Positions 52,032 through 64,000 of a DNA stretch of 64,000 nucleotides are shown here, one piece after another (position 1 is the first letter of the stretch; every line of letters starts with the position of its first letter). A program made the translations under genes and the position numbers. Below the pieces are notes generated by a model. It did not search any database and was not told the DNA's origin. It saw only the letters and a program-made list of their open reading frames with translations. This stretch comes from the human T2T-CHM13v2.0 reference genome, Homo sapiens. The DNA lies in the NCBI RefSeq assembly GCF_009914755.1, contig NC_060925.1; one strand, 5' to 3'.

Positions 52032-52419
52032 TGTGAAAGTTGTCAGAATCAAAAATGAAGTGGCTTTTGTTAAAAACTCTGATGAATTGAGCCAGGGAAG
52101 GCTATAAAGAGAGGGTTCTCATGCACCAGTACCTGATAACAAGAACTATCACCAAATACTGCAAAAACCACAACCTTGCACAAATACTTCTGTGGAGGTC
52201 ACTGGTGCCACCCTTGTTATTGATCCTTGTAGTCAAGGTTAATTGATTCTTGATTCAAACAATTATGTAATCCTATTTTTTTTATCTTTGTCTTCTTTTA
52301 CCTCCCTGAATACACACATAGTTTACTGTGGGATGTATATTCTCATGGCAATGCCCATTTCTGAATTAGTGTCATTTTTCTTTTACATAGCCTCTTTCTG
52401 TCTGTTATTTAGGTAGACA
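52032..52419 (+). mobile_element. 3' LTR (MER65-like)
   Basis: TGTGAAAGTTGTCAGAATCAAAA after PPT AAAAAGGGGAAA; ends TTATTTAGGTAGACA. Confidence 0.88.
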
Positions 52420-52759
52420 AGACTGAGAGGAAAAGGAAACATTAACAGCATAGGGCTAGGGGCAGGAAATGGAGTTGGATGCCAGAAATTATAAGTGGCA
52501 AAATGTTCTCTCTCACAAGGTAAACAAGCACGCGGAAAAGAACTTCTTTTAGGAAAGCACCTGTGGAAACTCATTGGGATATTTTGCTTTTACTTCACAT
52601 CTAATAAAGACCTATAGTAACCAGGAATAAAACTGGTACAAGTTTCTTTGTTATATTGGGCATTTATTATCATTAATCTGGACCTTTAAGTAGAATTCAG
52701 TGTGTGCTGAGAGCAAGCCAAAATTTAGAGACACTGTGTATAGCACATTAGAATAGGAG

Positions 52760-52900
52760 AGCTTTTAAAAAATAATACAGATTTGGGCCCCACCCCAGAC
52801 CAAGTGATTCAGAATCTCTTAGGGTAGAGGCCAGAATCTCTGGGTGTTTTTTTTTTTAAAGTTCCTTAGGTGATTCTGTGCACATCTAGGGCTGGGACCC
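52760..52900. mobile_element. MER5A-like hAT MITE fragment
   Basis: GGGCCCCACCCCAGACC..GATTCAGAATCTCT..AGGTGATTCTG. Confidence 0.65.
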
Positions 52901-53354
52901 ACCAGTGTGTTGGAAACCAAGCCCTGAAGTGGAAGCCAAAAGACTGGGTTTAGAGTCCCAGCTCTGACACAGCCTGCTGTGTGTTCTTCGGGAAGTCATC
53001 TGAACTCTCTGGGCAACTGTTTCCTCTGCTATGAAATAAGGAGATTCAACTAGATGCCTCAAGGATGCCAACTAGTTCCTACATTCTCTGAGAAACTGCC
53101 CTCTTTATGAGCCCAGATACTGACCTACAGCACCCCAGTGGCCCACTCATTCTTTAGTAATTTCACACAGGAAAGATGGTACTAGCAGTTACTCCAGAGG
53201 GACTCAGGGACTTTAATAGGTGGTGAGGAAAACAAATGAGAAATCAAACAGCAACAATAGAAACAGGCTCCCTTCCCTTGGCTTGCCTGTATATTTGTTT
53301 CTAAAGTGAACTTGAATGGGGAGTGAATAATTAACTCTCAGGTGGAGGCTTATA

Positions 53355-54245
<891 letters not shown>

Positions 54246-55576
54246 TATGCCTCCAGGGAAAGATTTTTTTAAAGACAAGGAATAGGAGTTGGTGCTTGTG
54301 CTAGGTAAGTCATAGATTTGTCTTCTGAGTCACTGAATATTGATCCTGGGAGAGATGAAAATATGTATCTAATATAAATGGTTTCCCTGGGGTAAGTAGA
54401 GTAGATTCCTAGGCACTGAGAATTCTAGGTCTTGCTCTTCTATTTAGTTCAGGGATAAGAAAATAGCATGCGTAATTCTATTAGTGTATATTCGTTCAGC
54501 GCAGGCATCGGTGACTGACACAACCTCTCTTCTGGGCCAGATTTTTTTTTTTTCAATCCCAGTCCCACAGAATTCTCTGCTTTTCTAGGGATCCTTTCGA
54601 AAGAAAGTCTGGCCCTGTTGGTCATGCTTAATTTGCCTCCAGCTCATCTTCAGCAGCGACAACATAAGGGAATGGAATTTGGGGCATTGAGAAAAATGAA
54701 TTTGCCTTCTAAAAAGATTGAAGTAATTTCTATTTTTCAGATCCTCAATCTACTTTTGATCTGAACTCCAGGATAGATAGCTTGGAACTCTTAATACAGG
54801 AATGGTGAAAATGCATTCATTCAATAAGTATTTATTGGGTGCCTGCTGTGTGTAAGACCAAGCAGTCCGAACATCTCCAAGGACCAGGCAGGGTGGTGTT
54901 CTAATCAAAACAGCTATCTAGCCAACTCGGTGTTCTGTGAAACAGCTGGCCTTGTTCATTTGGAATTTGTGCACCTCCCTCAATTGTTTAATAATAAGAC
55001 AGGAACCTGATTCTTCCTAGAGTTATGCCCCTTTAGTCAATTAATTATTTAAAGGATTGTTTCCACTTCATAGCAGGAGGAAAAAAGATACTGTCCTTTA
55101 ACATTTTCTTAGCAGTTCTTAGGAACAACAGTTTTTTCTAGCATGCTCTGGCAGAGAAAGGAAACAGATTTTGTTTTGAAGAGGATAGAAGTATTGAATT
55201 CTAATGCTTTCCACTCTGGTGGTTGACTTTGATAAGCAGAATTTGGGAAATGTTCGAAAAAAATGATTTTTCCCAATCTTCCATTAAAATGTTGTGTATG
55301 ACATTTTTCTATGTTAATTTGACAGCATCGTTGACTTGAGCAATTTTTCTTCATAGAGGAAAACATTTTAGTTCTGGATATTGCAGAATGCTAAGGAAAG
55401 AGCATAGACGAGAGACAAACAGGCCTGGATTCAAACCCAACCCTGCCACGCCTTAGCTATGTCTTATTTGTAGGTCACTTAACCTTTCTAAAGCCTCAAT
55501 TTCCACAGCCAGGAAATGAGATACTATCCACCTATATCAGCCAGAGTTCTTAATTTATAACAACAGAAACCAGTTT

Positions 55577-55629
55577 TATATATATATAACTAATTATATA
55601 TATATAACTAATTATGTATATATGCAACT

Positions 55630-55660
<31 letters not shown>

Positions 55661-55893
55661 TATATATATTCTTTTTTTGCAACAGGGTCTTGCTCTGTCA
55701 CTCAGGTTGGGTGTGTACCCCCATGGGTACTACAGGCGTGTACCCCCATGCCCGGGTGAAATTTTTTATTTTTTGTAGAGCTGGGGTCTTGCTATGTTGC
55801 CCAGACTGGTCTCAAACTCCTGGCTTCATGTGATCCTCTTGCCTTGGCCTCCCAAAATGTTGGGATTACAGGCGTGAGCTGCTGCTTCTGGCC
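55577..55893 (-). mobile_element. AluJ with internal deletion and TA-rich tail
   Basis: Alu consensus 55669-55893; (TA)n/(CA)n tract 55577-55668. Confidence 0.85.
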
Positions 55894-56668
55894 CAACTAC
55901 ACATTTAGTTGCCTATTTATTTAAGCACATTTAAGCAGAATGGAGTTTACTGATAGGGTATTGGATAGCTCACAGAGTCTCTAGAAAGGAAATATACAGG
56001 AACAGAGTAAGCCAGGGAGCCACCAGGACTGCAGCTGGTGTTACAGAGCTGGTCTGGTGGAGATGGCGATGCCCATAGCTGGACACTAATGCTCATTGGC
56101 ACTCATGGCCCCTCTGCTCAGGAGCAGAACTGCTCAGGAACTCAGGATTGCTGCCCTTCTGCCCTGCCTGCCAACGCAGTGGATTCTCTGAAGTCTCTTA
56201 GTGGTGCTCACTTCCAATTCAGTGTTTGGGGCAGGGTGTGTCTGTTTGGAGGACTTAGGTCATCTGCTATTTCCTATTAGTGATGGAGTCTAGGAAAGCC
56301 AGTATCTAGTATTTCAGCTTCTATAGTGTGAGGTGGCTCTTCCCATCCACCAAAACTCCTAGGAATGGAGAATTTCTAAACATAAGGAGAGTCAGACACC
56401 AGGTGGCTTCCCCCATCACCAAAAAAAGAAAAGAGAAGAAAAAAATTTCTGCTCTGGTCCATTCCTTTGGTTGTCCAACATTGCCCTATTTCCTTTTCCC
56501 TATGTTTACACTTTAAGGTTTCTCATCCAACCTGATGTAACTATGCTGTGTAACTGAAAATGCTCTCACCCCTTCCTCAAGGAGCACACACCAGTTTCAT
56601 CAGTTATTGGGTTCATCTCCAAATTTAGGGTCTCTAGGTGGTCTCCATTCCTCCTTCAGTTCTGACAT

Positions 56669-56967
56669 TTATATGGTTTGGCTGTGTCCCCACCCAAATT
56701 TCATCTTGAATTGTAGCTCCCATAATTCCCATGTATTGTGGGAAGGACCTTGTGGGAGATAATTGAATCATGGGGGTGGTTTTCCCCGTACTGTTCTAGT
56801 AGTAGTGAATAAGTCTCATGAAATCTGGTGATTTTATAAGGGGTTCCCCCTTTTGCTTGGCTCTCATTCTCTCTTGTCTGCCGCCATATAAGAAGTGCCT
56901 TTTGCCTTCTGCCATGATTGTGAGCTCTCCCCAGCCATGTGGAACTGTGAGAAAACAGACTAATACA
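56669..56967 (+). mobile_element. THE1 (MaLR) solo LTR
   Basis: ATATGGTTTGGCTGTGTCCCCACCCAAAT...ACAGACTAATACA; 5-bp TSD GACAT / GACGT. Confidence 0.9.
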
Positions 56968-57099
56968 GACGTGATCCCATCTCAGTGTTGTATAATATAT
57001 AGACTGAATTGTAGAGTTAACCATCACTGGCATATCTTATATAAAATAGAGGGGGAAAGAGAAAATTAGTTAAAATTTGTAAATACATACATGATATAA

Positions 57100-59450
57100 C
57101 AAGAAAGAAAATATTGATAGATGCTATATTCCATGCTTCTGCATCAGATCACAAGGCCAGAGTAAGTAGTTTAGATTTCCCTCCTTCATTCCCCATCCCA
57201 TATCCCCTTACCTTCAACCTTTACCTTGGCTGACATTCTTCACACAGTGGTATTACCCAAACCTTCACTCCTGGGGGATCTAGGTCCTTGGCAATTCTAC
57301 CAATATATCTTTCATTTTAAAATTTTTATCTTTATATAATTTTTAATGCTACCAAATATGCAGTCAGTTCCACATAAACATTGTGATATAACACTACTAT
57401 CCTTACATATGGGTTTAGTTGACCAGATGAAGATCTTTAGAGGCTATTTGTCTATTTGTTATGGTATATCTCCCTAACAAACAGTTTAAGATACAGTTTT
57501 CTGCAGCTTGATCAGTGGCCTTTTCTGGATCATACAACTGAATTTGGCATGCTGTCTCTCTCTCTCTCTCTCTCTGTAGATACACACATACACACACATA
57601 CACTCACACACACACTCTATCTATATATCTATACCTTTTAATTTTGGCCATTGGACATGGTGGTACTAGGAATTGCCCCAAGGATCTCCTGGATCCAGCT
57701 GTACTCTTCCCAGCTCATTATGTGGCAGCATCCCAATTTCCTCAGGATATTTATGATTAATCATCTCAAATAACACAGTAACAAGCACAAAGCCTGTTTT
57801 CCCAGTGGCACAAGAAATCTGAAAATGACAGTCTCAGTTTCCAATTAAATTGAAAAACTGCTTCTTTTGGTAGGATCCTTTGGATATCAATACCTATGAA
57901 ACAGCAAATCTCAGTCTCACTGAGATGGATAAGGAGGTGGAACAATATCCACAGAGCAGGTCACATCTTGTCCATCTGTTTAATAAAACCTTTCTCTATG
58001 GAGGAGACCTTCTGGTCAGCATTCCTATGGGATATACACAGTCACACACTCGAAGCACGTTCTTAGAGGACCATCTCCACACCTCTCCCCAAGCCTCCTT
58101 GTCATCAGGGAGGGTCAAAATTCCTGATCATCAGATAAAACCATTAGTTACTGACCATGAATTAGCACAGGCATTTACATGAGGCCATCTCTTTTTTCAG
58201 AAAAAGTAGATGATGAGATGTACAGCTCAAAGTCATGCTCTGGGAAGGCTTTCTCTTTCCCATCATCCTTCAGTGCCACCATAGTGGGGCCAAAGAGATG
58301 CTGCCTCCACTTCTGGTTGATGTCAGCATATCATGTGGAATAATCTACAAACTAGGCTCTAATTTTTCCCTCCAAAGTCAAGAAAAAATTCAGTGATTAG
58401 TAAACTAAATTTTTATTATTTTCCTTCTCAAAAAGAGGAAATAACTTTCCATGAGGTTGCAGGGGAGGATTGAAGGACAGGTGACACTGTGGCAGGAGTA
58501 GGTGCTCTAAGTGTGAGCCCCTTGAAAGTACAATTTATTTGTGCTTTGTAGGGCCTGGCCTCATTTCTTCCACTTCTATTTTATGATAGGGCATTGCTGA
58601 ACACTTCTGATTTTTTGGCTAAGGGGATAAAATAACACCTAAGTTTATGATTGGCAGTTCAGATCACATGGTGCTCTGATATTCCATGGTGAGTCTGACC
58701 AAACCACAGAATCTAGGCCAGCTTCAAGGATTAGTAGGAATGATGATTAGGACTTGATCAAGGTTACTTTCATTTTAGTTTACTACAGAACCAGAAGACA
58801 AGCAAAGCACATGATAGTCACCAGTTCGAGTATGGTGGTATGAAATACTAGATACTTTCTTTCCCAGGCTCCTTACTTCCTCTCTTTTTCCTTTGTGCCT
58901 GAAGTTCAATGGTCTCAGAAGCCAATGCAGAGTAAGACATTCAGTGAGATAAAGGAGCCCAGAACCACAAGCTTTCTGCCTTTTGGAGCATTTTAGGTTG
59001 CAGAGTGGTGCCATATAGCACTCAAGGATCCAATGTACTAGCATAGTAGAAATTTCTTGTATAGCGACTGTATGATTTGGCTACTTTCACATCTTATGCA
59101 TTACTGCATAATGGGGCTGAATCAAAGAATTGGTGCAGAAAGTCTGACCATGCCTTACCACACATTGTCAGGCTATCAATAATTTTTTTTCAAAAGGATA
59201 ATAAAAACTGCCTAAAGAGAACATAGGTTTGCTCCAAAAAACCTAGGGGATGCCCCTATGATTCTCCTATTGGAGCTTGCCCTAGGCTTTACACCGCATC
59301 TTGATCTTCCACAGTCAGTGTGAGCACCATTAGATGCACTGGGTCATGGGGGCCATGTGGCAGAGTTGTTTGCACTATAGCCTGGACCAGCTGGAGAGCC
59401 TTTGCTTCTGTGGGCTTCAGTCAGAGTTGTCAGTCTTTAGGTCTATTCTG
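57100..59450 (-). mobile_element. Degenerate ERVL/MaLR-type internal (pol RNase H/integrase remnant)
   Basis: Minus strand 58070-58360 gives fragments such as FVDYST*YADINQKW, LKDDGKEK, KRWPHVNACANSWSVTNG and DKEAWGRG, resembling ERVL RNase H (FTDGSARYAG..QKW; WPDVRLYTDSWAVANG; DKEIWGRG). Confidence 0.65.
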
Positions 59451-59549
59451 TATGTGGAAAAGAGCAGCACATCTAATTGAGGTATGTATTGCCTCCTACA
59501 TCCAAAGAATATCACTGTGCCCATTATCAATGAGTTCCCTCTTAGCTCC

Positions 59550-61138
59550 AAATGTACCCTTCCCTTTATTGCTTTGCTTTGTGATATTGGAGCTGGACCT
59601 TGTAAATATTTTTTTGCCACCCACAGCAATGTTTAGCTTTGTCAATAGAGGGAGCTGGAGGAACACTGAAGGTGAAAGGGGCTTCTCTTCCTGCGCCTAC
59701 TGTGCCTTCCTTCCTGCTTGCACCTGCAGTATGCAGCAGTTAGCACCATGCGGGGCACCCCCCAGCAGATTTCAGTAGCACCCCTGGGAGTGGATGCCCA
59801 GCAGATTCCATTGGTATCCTAGAAGTTGGCTTCCCAATGAGTTCCACGGGCATCCCTGTTGGAGGTTTCCGAGAAACATCCAGCAAGTCTTGCAAATAGT
59901 CCAGTGAGCTGCTTCCCACCAAGTTCCTTCAGCACCCTAGGAGGAGGTTTCCTGGTTACCAGCCCCAGCCTGTGGTACCTCAGTAAATTATATGTTCTCC
60001 AATGGGCCATGGCTGTATCCTTTCCAGTGAAGTCCTAACCAGCCTTACTGGCAGCAGCAGGGGTGGGGGAGGGGGACTCTTCTGAATTCCTTGGTTACTG
60101 TGATATTGACAAACATTTAGTTAGTCTTTGTCCCAGTTTCCTGGCAAAAAGATTCTAAAACTCTTGGAATCTCCAGAGTAATGAATGATTTTTTGTATGC
60201 TAATGAGATGACTGGTGGCTGGGGGCCTCTAACTATCTTCAGGATGAGGGCGGGTCACCCAGAAAAACCAACCATGCGATTAGAGGGTTGGAATCTTTAA
60301 ACCTCCCACCCTACCTTCGACAACTTCTCAAGAGGGAAGAGGGGCTGAAGGTCAGGTTGATCTCCAGTGGCCAATGATGTAATCAATCATGCCTATTTAA
60401 TGAACCCTTCGTGAAACCCCAAAAGGCCTGAGTTTGGATGAGCTTCCAGATACTGCGCCTATAGAGGGCATGGAAGCTCCACTGCCTTCCCCCATACTTT
60501 GCCTATGCATCCCTTCTATCTGGCTGTTCATCTGTATCCTTTATAATAAACAGGCAAACATAAGTAAAGGGCTTCCCTGAGTTCTGCGAGCCACTCTGGC
60601 AAATTAATCAAACCCAGGAGGAGGTCATAGGAACCCTAATTTATAGCCAGTTGGTCAGAGGCACAGGTCACAACCTATGCTTTGAACTGACATCTGAAGT
60701 GGAAGGCAGTTTTGTGGGACTGAGCCCTCAACTTGTGGAATCTGATGCTATCTCCGGGAATGTAGTATCAGAACTGAACTGAGTTGGAAGACACCCAGCT
60801 GATGTTTGCTGGAGAATTTGCTGCAGAATTAATTGGTTGCTGGTGGGAAGAAATCCCCACACATTCTGGTAACCAGAGGTTGCAGAAGTATTCTGTGTTG
60901 ATTTTTGAGTGCAAGAATAGTAAAAACACTTTGGTTCATATTTTTTCTATCTCCAGAGGCACTCTGCCTCAAGCCTAGATGTAGTAACTTCCTCCTGTAT
61001 CTGCTATTTCTATGTTCTTTAGAGTTCTTTTTACCCCTTAGTTATTAATTTCCTGTTACTAATTAGTCATTGCTTATATTAAACTTTCTCTGTTCAAATT
61101 ACTGTGTGGTTTCTGTCTCCTGACTTATCCTGATTGAC
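59550..61138 (+). mobile_element. Old ERVL LTR (LTR41-like) interrupted by MER21
   Basis: GCTTTGTCAATAGAGGGAGCTGGAGGAACACTG start; TATATTAAACTTTCTCTGTTCAAATTACTGTGTGGTTTCTGTCTCCTGAC end. Confidence 0.55.
60099..60950 (+). mobile_element. MER21 LTR
   Basis: TTTGTATGCTAATGAGATGACTGGTGGCTGGGGG...GATTAGAGGGTTGGAA...CATCTGAAGTGG...GAAGACACCCAGCTG. Confidence 0.8.
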
Positions 61139-63389
61139 ACAATTACCAAGTGTTGAGCGTTTTTCTTGTATGCTCAAGTATCTAAGATAGATATAGTAGC
61201 TTATTTTTTAAAACTCGGTTAACCTGTTGATTTTTTGTGTAATTGTATTGTGGTTAAAAAGTAGAGTTATTTGTCTTTTGGAAGTACTCACTGAAATATT
61301 TATAGACAAAATCATTGCTGTTTAAATTTGTTTCAATATAATCTGAGAGAGGAAGTTAGGGATTAAAGAGGAAATAAGATTAGCCTTGAGTTAATCATTG
61401 TTAAAGCTAATGATGGGTACATTGCTATTTTTATATTAAATACACCTAATTTTGTATATTTTAGAACTTTTTTATAATAAAAACTAAAAATGATAAAAAT
61501 ATCTTTAGCAGCCTCTAGGATGGCTGGACTTTCAATAAATATGTTACGAATATTTATAAAAGAAAAAAATCATTAGTGACTTACTTCCACAATATTTCAC
61601 TCTGGCTGGTGGACTTTAATGACATTTTAGGTCTCTAGGAGTTAGGGTTAGCTCAGAGCTAAAGACCGATACTTCCCAACGGTTTTCCTAGTGAATGACT
61701 GAGGTTCCTCAGGGGAGAGCTTGGAAGAAGATGCATGCTAGTGCTTGATCTGTTATTGTAGGGTTCTTGCTCAAATGTACTTGAATTCCTCTTCATTGAG
61801 GGGCTAGGTGTCTGTGCATTGACTCAGGCGTGGGAGGTGGCTTAGAGGCAATGACGTTCTACCATGCAGACTTAAGTCAGGTCTCTGTTCAGACCTGAAA
61901 TATTTTCAGATATACAGATATAGTTGAAGTATATTAGTCTTTGGGACCTTATGATTAACAAGGCACCACCAAAGATCCCCTCGGACAAACTATTCTGATA
62001 ACCTGGCCAGCCAAATAGCCTATTTTGTTGAATTGGAATCTGACACTAGAGTCCTGCTAGTTGGCATTTACAGCTCTGGGATTCTAGTATTCTTGTTGAA
62101 ATCAGGGAGTTCATTTCTGCTGCAGCATCTCCCACTTGCATAGAAGAGTCTTCCAAGTTTTTTCCAATATATATAAGCAGAGTCTTAATAATCTCCAGGC
62201 TTCTTTTCCGGAGCTTGACTTTGTAATGGCTCTTTGGGGCATGCCAAGATCTGACTCTAGTTAAAAGTACAGAGATGGGCGGGGCAGGTGGGGGGGATTG
62301 GGGTGTGAGTGTGGGCGGAGAAGGAGATGAACTGGCTTCCCCGGCCTGATCCCTCCTCCAGGTTGCAGGATCCTCAGGGGAGGATGAAACACTCACCAGA
62401 CAAGGAGGGAGAGAGTGGGGGTTGTGTCTGCCACATTCTACCATATTAGTACTTAAGGTTAAATTCTTCCTGTTCAGTGTCCTAAATGTCACACAAAAGA
62501 TCTTACCAAGCTGTGGATTGAACAAATAATTTGGTGATCCACAGAGTCAAACTTTGTGGTGTTTTTTGGACTGTCTCCAAAAGAGATAAGAATTTTATTT
62601 AAAAAATTTTTAATTGTAAAATATATATGTTTTATTTTTAAATTATATAAAGTTTTGGGTTTCAGTCCATGTCATTGGGGAAATCATAAGAATTTGAGCT
62701 TATTATTGTCTTTTTTCTTTCCGGTGACTTTAGTGGAAACCACTCCATTCCATAGTCCTTGAATTCCTCAAGTTGTTCATGTTGGTCTATGACTACTTTG
62801 TCCCTCAACACTTCCCTTTGATGGATTATTTATCCAGGTGACCACAGTAATAATTTCATTAGTTGAGATTCTTCCCAGTACTTGCTTCTCTGGGTCACTA
62901 GCTCCTGACTGAAGTCTGGATCAATTTACCTGATAGATGGGGCCTAAGCCTGGAGATAACTTCCTAGTAGCAAGGGAGTCTTGGAACTGACTACCTGGGT
63001 TTTCAGCCATTATAGGGGAAAGAAGACTCTGCCCCCAACAAGACTCAAAAGATGGGGAATTCGTCAAACATATGAAGGGAATTCAGATGCTGGGCAGCCC
63101 AAAACCCATCCAGGGTCTATAGCACCTCCTGACGAAGTTGTTAGGGAGAGTAAATAAGATGACATAGAAAAAGGATCTAACATAGTACCTTATGTTACAT
63201 TTTAGTAAATGTTAATTCCTAGTGTCTTTCTGGTTAATAAAATAAACAGCATTGAGCCACGAAGAATGGAACTGTGAATATATAGTTAAACTTGAGCATT
63301 GACCCTAGATGTATGACTTAAAGTTTAACAGGCAGGTTAGGAAAGGTTATATTAATTGTCTTCTGCTCCTTAGAAACCTCCATTTTTTT

Positions 63390-63680
<291 letters not shown>

Positions 63681-64000
63681 GCAACAACAAAAAAAACCTC
63701 TATTTTTGGTGTAAGCATTGACATTTTGATTGAGAAAAAGTATGAATATTCAACATTTTTTCCCTAAAAAGCTCTTTTACAAAACCAGTTTACCTATTTT
63801 ACCGTTATAAAAAGGAGATAAAAAAATTAATCAAAATTTCAATCTATCCTCAGCCATAAAAAGTTGTATAAACTTGGCATAAACTCATCATTGTGTTGAT
63901 TTTTCATTGGTCAGGAACTTACTCCTGCTTGCTGTTCTATCTGGGTGTCTCACGTTGGGTTTAAACTTATGAATAGGTATAAAAGAATAAGTAGAAATGA

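Noticed and set aside
59636-59660. CTCF-like motif in the LTR41-like element (TCAATAGAGGGAGC)
   Set aside because: Several core positions deviate from the consensus, so binding cannot be claimed.
62275-62320. G-quadruplex-forming motif
   Set aside because: Such motifs are common and there is no supporting context.

Overview
Human (primate) genomic DNA, recognisable as the 1q21.3 region upstream of THEM4. The only protein-coding sequence is THEM4 exon 1 (minus strand, CDS 962->864, GT donor at 863), inside a CpG-island promoter at about 830-1460. The remaining ~62 kb is intergenic and repeat-rich: about 35 Alus, old L1M/L2/MIR pieces, MaLR LTRs, and a dense set of ERV1 (MER4-group) LTRs and internal sequences. 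These include a nested LTR stack at 10.6-14.7 kb and a two-LTR MER65-like provirus (39675-52419) whose 5' LTR is interrupted by a KRT8 processed pseudogene. No new gene system is evident, and nearly all listed ORFs are Alu, ERV or pseudogene by-products. The most notable observations are: (1) a solo LTR15-like element with heavy strand-specific G-to-A hypermutation (APOBEC3-like fossil); (2) an unidentified ~1.1-kb poly(A)-tailed, TSD-flanked retrocopy carrying an ancient MIR inside a younger ERV; (3) a pre-PPT hairpin conserved in three ERV copies; (4) an apparent internal inversion of a provirus; (5) a ~140-bp orphan retro-insertion. Repeat-family names come from my recall of consensus sequences, not from a database search.
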